Positions 20,010 through 27,933 of a DNA stretch of 64,000 nt are shown piece after piece. The translations under genes were made by a program, and so were the position numbers. The DNA comes from Candidatus Nomurabacteria bacterium (GTDB lineage: Bacteria; Patescibacteriota; Minisyncoccia; Phycocordibacterales; UBA2100). The notes below the pieces were generated by a model, which made no database searches, was not told where the DNA came from, and saw only the letters and a program-made list of their open reading frames with translations. The stretch lies in NCBI GenBank assembly GCA_943356775.1, contig CALRFU010000003.1, positions 22,308 to 86,307 of the forward strand, in the 5' to 3' direction. Every line of letters starts with the position of its first letter. Positions within the stretch are counted from its first letter, which is position 1.

Positions 20010-20250
20010 CAGTTAAATCCATTGAGCTAGTTCCTCGCGCAAGCGGGGGTTGGGGCTAGTGAGGAGGTTGCTGCTTGTCCTGAGCGAAGTCGAAGGACGT
20101 GTGGTAATCCGGGCTCTCCCGTAACAGAGATAACCAGTGTCGCTATTAGTTATTTTTGCGGAGCTGGTGAGAAACAATTAAGGTGGCACCGCGAGAAAAT
20201 CGCCCTTATTACACAATTTATTTTTGTGTAGTAAGGGCGGTTTTTGTTTT
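20010..20250 (+). promoter_or_regulatory. T-box riboswitch leader (tRNA-sensing transcription attenuator)
   Basis: Conserved T-box sequence AATTAAGGTGGCACCGCG at 20177-20194, against consensus AAUUAGGGUGGNACCGCG. It is followed at once by a terminator: 14-bp stem CGCCCTTATTACAC/GTGTAGTAAGGGCG at 20201-20239, then GTTTTTGTTTT. The variable base is C, implying a tRNA discriminator G73. The Stem I region (20035-20150) contains candidate specifier loops with Asp codons (GAU at 20129-20131, GAC at 20094-20096). Confidence 0.75.
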
Positions 20251-20336
20251 GGAACTGCGAGTCTGCAACCCGAACGAAAGCGCCGCCAGTGGTTCTTTCG
20301 TTCTTTGAGATGACCATAAACCTTGGGAGTGACCCG

Positions 20337-20618
20337 ATGACAACCTTGTTGGACTGGACGAATCATGGAGGTATCGCATTCATCCTCGCATTCATAGCAG
20401 TCGTGACCGCATTGAGCGGTATCTATGAAAGAACGCGCCCAGTCCGTATTATCGGCAGTGCCCTCGCACTTGCCGTTCTTGCGGCCTTGGCGTACTCGCC
20501 CAAGATGGAGACGACGGCATTCATGATCTATGTCGTATTCTTTTTTCTTGCAGCCGCCGGCGTCCCGCTCCTTCTGCGCGCCATCAAAAAGGCACCGGCC
20601 CACGACTGGGGAATTTAA
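20337..20618 (+). CDS. Small integral membrane protein (93 aa, 3 predicted TM helices)
   Basis: SD GGGAGTG upstream of the ATG. Hydrophobic helices throughout. First gene after the T-box leader. The track ORF 20244-20618 begins at a TTG inside the terminator T-tract and is less likely. Confidence 0.45.
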   Translation: MTTLLDWTNHGGIAFILAFIAVVTALSGIYERTRPVRIIGSALALAVLAALAYSPKMETTAFMIYVVFFFLAAAGVPLLLRAIKKAPAHDWGI

Positions 20619-20631
20619 GGAGGGACTCGTC

Positions 20632-21063
20632 ATGAAAGCAATGCTCTACCACGCAAGCCGTTTTGGTTACGGGGTCGAAAGTCCTTCTGAAAGACTCGGA
20701 GGAGTCGGTCCAGAGAGGGTGAACGGCTCTGCGTCTCTCCTTGTCGAGGAGTGCTACGTTGCGCTCTTCCACGTGGAGGAGGGCGATGGCGAGGCACAAA
20801 TCGGCCGCTTCTGCCATGACGCCCAACGTTTTGCAAAGAAACTGGGGGCGACGAGGTTGGTGGTGGCCGCGTTTGGCCACCTCTCCAGCAACTACGCCCC
20901 AATGGAGATCGCCATCGCGACTTCCGGCCTAATCGTCAACAAATGTCGCGAGGAGTGGACAGGAAAGGGTGGCGAATTCCACACTTCACCCTTCGGCCAC
21001 AATAAAACGCTCACCCTTGAGACAAAAGGTCATCGCGATTCCATCAGGTTTCGCAGCTACTAA
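20632..21063 (+). CDS. Free-standing archaeal-type threonyl-tRNA synthetase editing-domain homolog (DTD-like fold, tRNA-Thr_ED-like)
   Basis: Strong SD AAGGAGGG. Motifs MKAMLYHASRFGY, VALFHVEEGDG, VVAAFGHLSSNYAPMEIA and SPFGHNKTLTLETKGH align with the MRxLLIHSDY / VVFxSVEKxD / YPFAHLSSxLAxP / APFGxYKxFxISCKGHP pattern of archaeal ThrRS N-terminal editing domains. This alignment is recalled from memory, not searched. Confidence 0.5.
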   Translation: MKAMLYHASRFGYGVESPSERLGGVGPERVNGSASLLVEECYVALFHVEEGDGEAQIGRFCHDAQRFAKKLGATRLVVAAFGHLSSNYAPMEIAIATSGLIVNKCREEWTGKGGEFHTSPFGHNKTLTLETKGHRDSIRFRSY

Positions 21064-21125
21064 AAAGTTGGGTTGCTGAGTGATACTATACTCAGCAACC
21101 CGACACCAATACCTCAACACACACT

Positions 21126-21800
21126 ATGAAAACTTTAGGCATTTTAGGAGGAATAGGACCAGAAGCGAGCAGTTATTTTTATGCTGAGGTCATCCGACGT
21201 CTGCGCGAAAGCGGCGCAATCCGTCGGAATACGGATTACCCGCAAATTTTCATCAACAGCATCAATGCGCCAGAACTCGTCTCGTTGGAAGTGACTGATG
21301 AACTGCTCGAGCCGTATGCACGAGGAATCATAGAGCTCGCGTCATTAAAGCCTGATTACATAGTGATGGTATGTAACACCATTCACCTTTTCCGCGAGCG
21401 ACTCATACGAGCCTCGGATTATGAAAAGATTTCAGATCTTTCACAAATTGTGGGGGCCGCGCTTGCCCACATGCCTGGAACGACTTGTGTCGTCGGAACA
21501 GCCGCGACGGTTACTTCTGGCCTTTACCATGTACCTGGTCGTATATATACCAACCCCGACGATACCCAACTCGCAGAGATAGGAAACATCGTTATAAGTT
21601 ACAACGCCTCTGGTGAAGTAGAAAATAATAGAGCTGCACTGCAACGAATAATCCAAGAGCGCCACATTGCGGGAGCAGATATATTCATTGCGGGTTGCAC
21701 CGAAATATCAGAACTACTACGGGGCGTGAAGGGATTTACTATCCTAGATACACTGGAACTCATCATACAAGACACGGTACAGCGAATACAGACTATTTGA
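21126..21800 (+). CDS. Aspartate racemase (Asp/Glu/hydantoin racemase family)
   Basis: LGILGGIGPEASSYFY N-terminus plus two catalytic Cys contexts, MVCNTIHLF and IAGCTEISEL, as in aspartate racemases. Confidence 0.7.
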   Translation: MKTLGILGGIGPEASSYFYAEVIRRLRESGAIRRNTDYPQIFINSINAPELVSLEVTDELLEPYARGIIELASLKPDYIVMVCNTIHLFRERLIRASDYEKISDLSQIVGAALAHMPGTTCVVGTAATVTSGLYHVPGRIYTNPDDTQLAEIGNIVISYNASGEVENNRAALQRIIQERHIAGADIFIAGCTEISELLRGVKGFTILDTLELIIQDTVQRIQTI

Positions 21801-21935
21801 CAAACTACTACCTCTGCCCTACCATCCCCTTATGAGTAACGGTCGAATCGCAGCAACCTCTTTCTTCTTTTTCTTTACATCCCGAGAAGGGGTATCTGTG
21901 TCGTTGCTCAAATAAACCAAAGCAACAAAGCAGAC

Positions 21936-21966
21936 AAGCCCCTCCCCGGAGGGGCTTTCTGTTTGT
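21936..21966 (+). terminator. Rho-independent terminator (AGCCCCTCCCCGGAGGGGCT + TTCTGTTTGT)
   Basis: GC hairpin plus T-rich tail after the racemase gene. Confidence 0.5.
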
Positions 21967-22129
21967 AGCCTGCGACGTGCGCCCCAAGGACTCACATCGC
22001 AGGCCGCAAGAAGCGTCTGCACCACCCCAAGCGAAAACGGCAAGGGGCTCGAGTATAGCTCTTTTGAGTCATGTAATGGCTCTTTGCTCTTTCCGCTTCC
22101 CATAGCAACCAACGAGAGGGACTACGTTC

Positions 22130-22786
22130 ATGCTGCGCGATAAGACAGGGGCTTCGTTCATCGCAAACCCCGGCGACGAAATTTCCCGCACGACCCCCGC
22201 TACAACGACCGGAAAAGTGCTGCGTATCGGTGTCGCCGGTGTCGAGGGTAGCTTTACCGAAATGGCTGCCAGGATGCACTGCAACGTGGGCGGGCTCAAT
22301 CTCTTCGAGCTGGTCTATCTGACCGCCACCGACAACGTGCTCGTGTCGCTCGAGACCGGCGGCATCGATCGCGCGATTTTCGCGATTGAAAACAGCATCG
22401 GAGGCGTCGTCAGGGAATACCTGCCGGCAATCCTGAAGCACCGTTGCAAATTCGTGACCACCTTCGACTTCGAAGTCGAGCAGGTCTTGATGGTCAATCC
22501 GAAGGTGATGGGCGGGCAGGTCACGGTAATTATTTCGCAAGGACAGGCACTGGCACAGTGTCAGATCCACCTTCGGGAAAACTATCCTGACATCCCCCAG
22601 CGTGACTACATCGACACCGCAACGGCGGCGCGAGACTTGCGCGGAGGCAAGCTCCCCCGCACGGCGGCGGTCGTCGGTTCGCGTGCGGCTGCCAGGCTCT
22701 ACGACCTCGACGTGCTCGCCGGCCCTATCCAGGACAATCAAAAGAACTACACGACGTTCATCGTAGCGGAACGACTGGCGGAGTGA
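22130..22786 (+). CDS. pheA: Prephenate dehydratase catalytic (PDT) domain protein lacking a C-terminal ACT domain
   Basis: AIENSIGGVV, SQGQALAQCQ and KNYTTFIVA match PDT motifs (IENSIEGSV, SHPQALAQC, NxTRFLVL). Only 218 aa, with no ACT regulatory domain. Confidence 0.65.
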   Translation: MLRDKTGASFIANPGDEISRTTPATTTGKVLRIGVAGVEGSFTEMAARMHCNVGGLNLFELVYLTATDNVLVSLETGGIDRAIFAIENSIGGVVREYLPAILKHRCKFVTTFDFEVEQVLMVNPKVMGGQVTVIISQGQALAQCQIHLRENYPDIPQRDYIDTATAARDLRGGKLPRTAAVVGSRAAARLYDLDVLAGPIQDNQKNYTTFIVAERLAE

Positions 22787-22815
22787 GCGCACTCAAGCTG
22801 TGTAAGCAAACCTTC

Positions 22816-22858
22816 AGCGGGCGGCAGGTCTTATGACTCTGCCGCCCGTTTGCTTTTT
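22816..22858 (+). terminator. Terminator hairpin GCGGGCGGCAG...CTGCCGCCCG + TTTGCTTTTT
   Basis: Stem-loop plus T-tract directly after pheA. A second hairpin at 22872-22912 serves the convergent tyrA. Confidence 0.5.
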
Positions 22859-22923
22859 ATATACAAAACAAAAAGCGCCGGCGGGGGTTGGACCCGCTCG
22901 GCGCTTTTGCAGAAGAATCGGAC

Positions 22924-23676
22924 TCACTCCGCAGATCTTGACTGAAGTACTTGCGCTTCCGCTCGGGCAAGCGCGACGTCCACTTCGGCACAAAACCTGT
23001 TGTACCGCCGGACATCGTTGAACAAATCAGTGTCCTCTTCCACCATCTCCGCGCCGTCTTTCATGGAAGAAAATGACGTCGTGTCGAAAGTGGTCCGCTG
23101 GACACCGGCGGCTTTCCAGATTTGTGAGGTACGGTGTGCGAGATAGAGCGTCCACGCAGATATCCTGTCGTGCTCTTCTGCCGTCATCAACTCGACGACA
23201 AAGCCAAGCCTTTTGACGAACATGAGGAGCGACGCAACAACGTCGGCAGGCATTGAGTGGTCAACCAGCGCTATCTTAAAACCTCGCACGTTGCCGCGGC
23301 GGTTCTTGTAGGCGCCGGGGCCGAAGTTCGGATGACAGCACAGCCAGAAAATCCCTTCCGCGTATTGCCTGAGCAAATTGCGGGTGTGCTCCTTGACCGT
23401 TGCGATGTCGACGATGATTGCAAGCGGATTAAGCCGCTTGATGATAGGGACAATCTCGCGAATCACGTTTTCATATGCACGCGGCGGCACCGACAGCACC
23501 ACCACATCACACATGCAAACCTGTTCGAGAGTTGTGAATACGCCCCCATTTGCCTTCTTCGTGACATCGAACGCACACACTTTTACCTTCGACGCAAAGC
23601 GCCGGATGAGCCGTCGGGCATGACGCCCGAAGTGACCGTCTCCGCCGATAATGCCGATGGTTTTCACCATGACCAT
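22924..23676 (-). CDS. tyrA: Prephenate/arogenate dehydrogenase
   Basis: KTIGIIGGDGHFGR Rossmann N-terminus and TyrA-like core. GC-rich, like pheA. Confidence 0.65.
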   Translation of the reverse strand: MVMVKTIGIIGGDGHFGRHARRLIRRFASKVKVCAFDVTKKANGGVFTTLEQVCMCDVVVLSVPPRAYENVIREIVPIIKRLNPLAIIVDIATVKEHTRNLLRQYAEGIFWLCCHPNFGPGAYKNRRGNVRGFKIALVDHSMPADVVASLLMFVKRLGFVVELMTAEEHDRISAWTLYLAHRTSQIWKAAGVQRTTFDTTSFSSMKDGAEMVEEDTDLFNDVRRYNRFCAEVDVALARAEAQVLQSRSAE

Positions 23677-23811
23677 AACCCTCTCTCTGTGAGTGAAGAA
23701 TCTTTTTGTGCAAATGTAAAGAGCTTTGCAAGCTCCTTACGCTTGCAACCAGTCGCAGGATTGCGAGCTAGAAGCTAATGAGAAAAAGGCAGGTTCCAGA
23801 CAACAATCATA

Positions 23812-23840
23812 GAAAAAGCCCCGTGCGGGGGCTTATCTGT
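23812..23840 (-). terminator. Terminator hairpin downstream of secF (AGCCCCCGCACGGGGCT + TTTTCT on the minus strand)
   Basis: Hairpin plus T-tract on the minus strand. Confidence 0.4.
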
Positions 23841-23931
23841 CTCAAACGTGATGTCGCGACAGAATTACCCCCTGGGGCTTCGATATGCGTAGGTATATGT
23901 CGTTTGGAAATGCATACGTACACAGTAGACG

Positions 23932-24840
23932 TTATTTTTTCTTTTGTCCACGCCACTTCTCAACCGCGACCAAAAGCGGTGTCGCCAAGAATATCGAGGA
24001 GTAGGTACCGGCAATGATACCGACCAGGAGCGTAAGGGCAAAGTCACGGGTAGATTCGGGCCCGAACACGAAGAGTGCGAGAAGTGCGAGCGCCGTCGTC
24101 AAGGAGGTGTTGGCAGAGCGTACCATTGTTTGAGTAAGCGCCCGGCCGGCTGTTTCCGCAAAATCTTCTTTGCGGTTCTTATCGTGATTGATACGGAGGT
24201 TCTCGCGGGTTCTATCAAACACGACGATGGTGTCGTGTATCGAGAAGCCGAGGATAGTGAGCACGGCGGTGACGAATAGTGTGTCCACCTGCGCACCGTT
24301 AAAATGTCCGAGCGCGGCAAAAAAGCCTATCGGCACGATGATGTCAAAAACAAGCGTTACAAGCGCAATGAGCCCGTAAGCCCATGAAGAGATGGGCTCG
24401 GAGACTTTACGAAAGGCAAAAGCTATGAAGAGGAGGATGCACAGCAAGACGAGGCCGAGGGCAATGAGTGCTTTGTTGCGAAGCTCAAGACCGATGGTAG
24501 GGCCCACTTCGGTGAGTTGGTCGATGTGTGCTGTTCCTCCCTGATACGAAAATATAGCCGGGAGATTTCCGCGCTGTTCGTCAGTAAGCAAAGCGCTTCG
24601 GAGTATGTACGTATCTGTCCCCGATTCGCGGAGCGAGAACCCTTCGAAGCCGGCATCCTCCAGATTACGCGTCATCACCTCTCCCGCAGGTCGCGCGCCG
24701 TCATACCGGATTTCTACCAAGCTCCCGCCCGTAAAATCCGTACCGAGACGCAGTCCGTAGAATCCGAGCGAAGCGAGCGCGACAAGCGTAATGAGCCCGG
24801 TAAGCGCAAAGAACCATATTCTGTGTCGTACGATAATCAT
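23932..24840 (-). CDS. secF: Protein translocase subunit SecF
   Basis: FTGGSLVEIRY motif and 6-TM SecF architecture. Confidence 0.85.
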   Translation of the reverse strand: MIIVRHRIWFFALTGLITLVALASLGFYGLRLGTDFTGGSLVEIRYDGARPAGEVMTRNLEDAGFEGFSLRESGTDTYILRSALLTDEQRGNLPAIFSYQGGTAHIDQLTEVGPTIGLELRNKALIALGLVLLCILLFIAFAFRKVSEPISSWAYGLIALVTLVFDIIVPIGFFAALGHFNGAQVDTLFVTAVLTILGFSIHDTIVVFDRTRENLRINHDKNRKEDFAETAGRALTQTMVRSANTSLTTALALLALFVFGPESTRDFALTLLVGIIAGTYSSIFLATPLLVAVEKWRGQKKK

Positions 24841-24842
24841 AA

Positions 24843-26198
24843 TTATGCTTTGATGCCTGAGCCGAAAAGGAAGCGTGTGAAGCCGCTTTTCGCATTAATG
24901 CCGAGCGCAAAGAGGAACGTACGCGAAACGGAGATGGCAGTCAACATTGATACGAGAACGCCCAGTCCGAATACGAGTGCGAAGCCTTTGATGAGCGAGG
25001 TGCCGAACCAGAAGAGAATGACTGCCGTTATCATTGAAGAAATGTTGGAGTCTCGGATAGACGGCCATGCGCGTCCGAATCCGTCGTGAAGAGCCTCGTT
25101 CGTATTTTTCCCCCCGCGCAACTCTTCTTTTATACGCTCGAAGATAAGCACGTTGGCATCTACCGCCATACCCACCGAGAGTATGAGGGCCGCGATTCCC
25201 GCCGCAGTAAGCGTTACGGGAATAAACTTGAAGAGCAGGAGGACAGCGACTATGTAGAGCATGAGTGCGACCGCCGCGAGAAGCCCCGGCAAGCGGTACC
25301 ACAAGACCATGAACAGCATGACCGCTCCCACTCCCCAGAGTCCCGCCATGATGCCATCTTGTACCGCCTTTTCTCCAAGAGTCCCGGAGACTGTTTGCGT
25401 AGATATGAGCTCGATGGGAACGGGCAATGCTCCGTAATTTAGATTGCGCGCGAGTTCTTTCGCCTCAACAGGAGTGAAGCCTCCGGAGATGACGGCCGTA
25501 CCGTCGGGAATCGCTTCACGGATGACCGGGACGGAAATTGCAGAACCATCAAGGAACATACCGAAACTACGTCCGATATTATTTTTGGTCAGATCTGCAA
25601 AGATCCGTGCACCTTCATCATTAAACTGGAGAACGACAACCGGCTCGGTCACCGCACCTGTCCCGCCTTGGAATTCAAGCTTTGCGCTTTTCAAATCTTT
25701 GCCGGTGATTGCAGCGGCTTCGAAGAGGTCATTCACAGTCGAAGAAGCGGTGCCGGAAGTCTCCGCACCCACCTTCAACATACGGAATTCTAAAACCGGC
25801 GTCTCTCCGATAAGCGCTATCGCCTTCTGCGTATCGGTGACACCCGGGAGTTCGACGAGCAGGCGCTCTTCTGAAGTTCCCGCGAGCGTGCCTCCGTGCT
25901 CTGTTTGAACGATAGGCTCGGACACGCCGAAGAGGTTCACACGTCGCTCGATGGTATCCCGGAGCGATGCCATCGAATCAGCAACGTCGCTTCCCTTGAT
26001 AGCGTTGAGGTCGGCGCGGTACACGAGTTGGGTACCACCGGAAAGGTCGAGGCCGAGCTTGAATGGGCGGGAGCCATTTACCTGACTACTGTAGATGTAC
26101 CAGCCGATGCCGGAACCGGCAAGAAGGATTACAAGTGCGATAGCCCGTTTCTGCCACATGGCGAGCAGTATACCCGCTGATTGCGAGGGCGCAAACAA
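24843..26198 (-). CDS. secD: Protein translocase subunit SecD
   Basis: LGLDLSGGTQLVY motif. Large periplasmic domain and a C-terminal 6-TM bundle. True start may be the internal Met at 26159. Confidence 0.85.
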   Translation of the reverse strand: MFAPSQSAGILLAMWQKRAIALVILLAGSGIGWYIYSSQVNGSRPFKLGLDLSGGTQLVYRADLNAIKGSDVADSMASLRDTIERRVNLFGVSEPIVQTEHGGTLAGTSEERLLVELPGVTDTQKAIALIGETPVLEFRMLKVGAETSGTASSTVNDLFEAAAITGKDLKSAKLEFQGGTGAVTEPVVVLQFNDEGARIFADLTKNNIGRSFGMFLDGSAISVPVIREAIPDGTAVISGGFTPVEAKELARNLNYGALPVPIELISTQTVSGTLGEKAVQDGIMAGLWGVGAVMLFMVLWYRLPGLLAAVALMLYIVAVLLLFKFIPVTLTAAGIAALILSVGMAVDANVLIFERIKEELRGGKNTNEALHDGFGRAWPSIRDSNISSMITAVILFWFGTSLIKGFALVFGLGVLVSMLTAISVSRTFLFALGINAKSGFTRFLFGSGIKA

Positions 26199-26201
26199 GG
26201 C

Positions 26202-27008
26202 TTAGCTTCTTGCTTTTTCGAGTAGGTCGAACAAATTCCGGAATATCATCGCGACAGCGACAGGTCCTACGCCGCCGGGAACAGGGGTCATCACAGACGC
26301 CTTTGTGGCGCATGACGGATCCGCATCGCCATGAATCTTCTTCTTGAGCTCGCTCGTCCCCGCGTCGATAAGTGCGACTCCTTCTTTCAGATGTTCCGGC
26401 TTAATGAAACCCGGATTCCCTGCTCCTGAGACGATTATGTCGGCGTCTTTTAAATCCTCAATAGATCCTTGCTGAAGAGTAAACAAAGAAACATTTGCGC
26501 CAAGACTTTTGAGTAGCCATGTCGATGGTTTGCCCACTAATCTACCCGCCCCAACGACGACTGTACGAGCGCCCTTAATGGTCACGCCACCGCGCTCTAA
26601 GATCTCGACAGCGGCAAGGGCGACCGGGGCATGAACCAAACGGTCTTCTTCAGAAATCGTGGGATTAAGAGCATCCACGTCTTTATCATTGGGAACAGCG
26701 GAAAGAACCGAATTGATATCAATACCGGCAGGGAGTGGCAATTGTGGAATGACGGCATCTGAACGCGCCCCCACATCCTTGAGCGCTGCGATAATTTCTT
26801 CTTGCGTCGCTGTCTCCGGAAGATCCGCCCGAATCATTTCTACATTGAGACGCGTCGCGTTGCGTTCTTTGGTTCGCACGAATGAATCAATGATTGGATT
26901 CTGTCCTACAACAACGATGCCCAACCTGATATCGCCGCCCAAAAGAACGCGGCGCTTTGCGAGCGCCTGGTACATATCTTCTGCGATAGCTTTGCCGTCG
27001 ATTATCAT
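26202..27008 (-). CDS. folD: Bifunctional methylenetetrahydrofolate dehydrogenase/cyclohydrolase
   Basis: MIIDGKAIAEDM N-terminus, VVVGAGRLVGKP NAD(P)-binding site and C-terminal PGGVGPVAVAM motif. Confidence 0.85.
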   Translation of the reverse strand: MIIDGKAIAEDMYQALAKRRVLLGGDIRLGIVVVGQNPIIDSFVRTKERNATRLNVEMIRADLPETATQEEIIAALKDVGARSDAVIPQLPLPAGIDINSVLSAVPNDKDVDALNPTISEEDRLVHAPVALAAVEILERGGVTIKGARTVVVGAGRLVGKPSTWLLKSLGANVSLFTLQQGSIEDLKDADIIVSGAGNPGFIKPEHLKEGVALIDAGTSELKKKIHGDADPSCATKASVMTPVPGGVGPVAVAMIFRNLFDLLEKARS

Positions 27009-27014
27009 GCCCCG

Positions 27015-27926
27015 TTATGTTATTTGCATTTCCTTCTTAAGCGCCATAATACCATCCTCCAATGTAACCGTCGGATCCCACCCGAGAAGTTCTTTTGCCT
27101 TTCGATTATCCGCAAGCGAGTCATGAGCCTCAATACGCGGTGCCGCATATGCTATTTCACCGCCAAACATGTCCGCAAGCGCCTTGATGGAGACATTCCG
27201 CCCGGCGCCGATATTGATGACTTCGCCTTTGCCCACCTTCGGATTCTCGGCGGCGAGCAGATTGGCGCGAACAACGTCTGAAACGTGTGTGAAATCGCGG
27301 GTGACAGTGCCGTCGCCGAATATCGTTATCGGCTCATTATTCTTGCGGGCCATTGCGAATTTCCCTATCGCAAGCGCATACGCCCCATTGGGATCCATTC
27401 CCGGTCCATACACATTAAAATAGCGGAGGCTCACCGTCTCGATGCCGTACGTCTCGGACCACAACTTGGCAAAGAGCTCGCCGACGTATTTTTGCAAACC
27501 GTACGGATTGACCGGGTTTGCGGCCATCGCTTCGACAAGAGGAAGAACTGTTTGCTCACCGTATGCCGAGCCCGAGGCTGAATATACAAAACGCCGCACC
27601 TTGGCGCGTGCGGCGGCGGTCAGCGCCGAAACTGTCCCCGTGACGTTTTGATCCGTCGTCTCGACCGGATGCTCGAGTGAGTACGGTACCCGCGGCACGG
27701 CTGCCGTATGGAACACGACATCGGCACCTTCCATAACTTTTTGTATGGCATCGGTAGAGCGGACATCAAGCACATGGAGTGCTGCCTCCTTTGGTAGGGT
27801 GTCCTTTCGAAATGACGGGTCGATGTCTATGATGTGCGTCTCCCACCCCGCCTCCACGAGCGCTCGCGAAAGATTGCTTCCGATGAAGCCCGCACCGCCT
27901 GTTACAATCGCTTTTTTGTTTGCCAT
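27015..27926 (-). CDS. NAD-dependent epimerase/dehydratase (UDP-sugar 4-epimerase-like SDR)
   Basis: AIVTGGAGFIGSNL Rossmann N-terminus and YxxxK-type extended SDR. Confidence 0.7.
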   Translation of the reverse strand: MANKKAIVTGGAGFIGSNLSRALVEAGWETHIIDIDPSFRKDTLPKEAALHVLDVRSTDAIQKVMEGADVVFHTAAVPRVPYSLEHPVETTDQNVTGTVSALTAAARAKVRRFVYSASGSAYGEQTVLPLVEAMAANPVNPYGLQKYVGELFAKLWSETYGIETVSLRYFNVYGPGMDPNGAYALAIGKFAMARKNNEPITIFGDGTVTRDFTHVSDVVRANLLAAENPKVGKGEVINIGAGRNVSIKALADMFGGEIAYAAPRIEAHDSLADNRKAKELLGWDPTVTLEDGIMALKKEMQIT

Positions 27927-27933
27927 AGTATTA

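Noticed and set aside
21992-22792. 266-aa minus-strand ORF overlapping the prephenate dehydratase gene.
   Set aside because: Antisense shadow ORF in GC-rich DNA. The plus strand carries clear PDT motifs. The minus ORF is Arg/Pro-rich low complexity.
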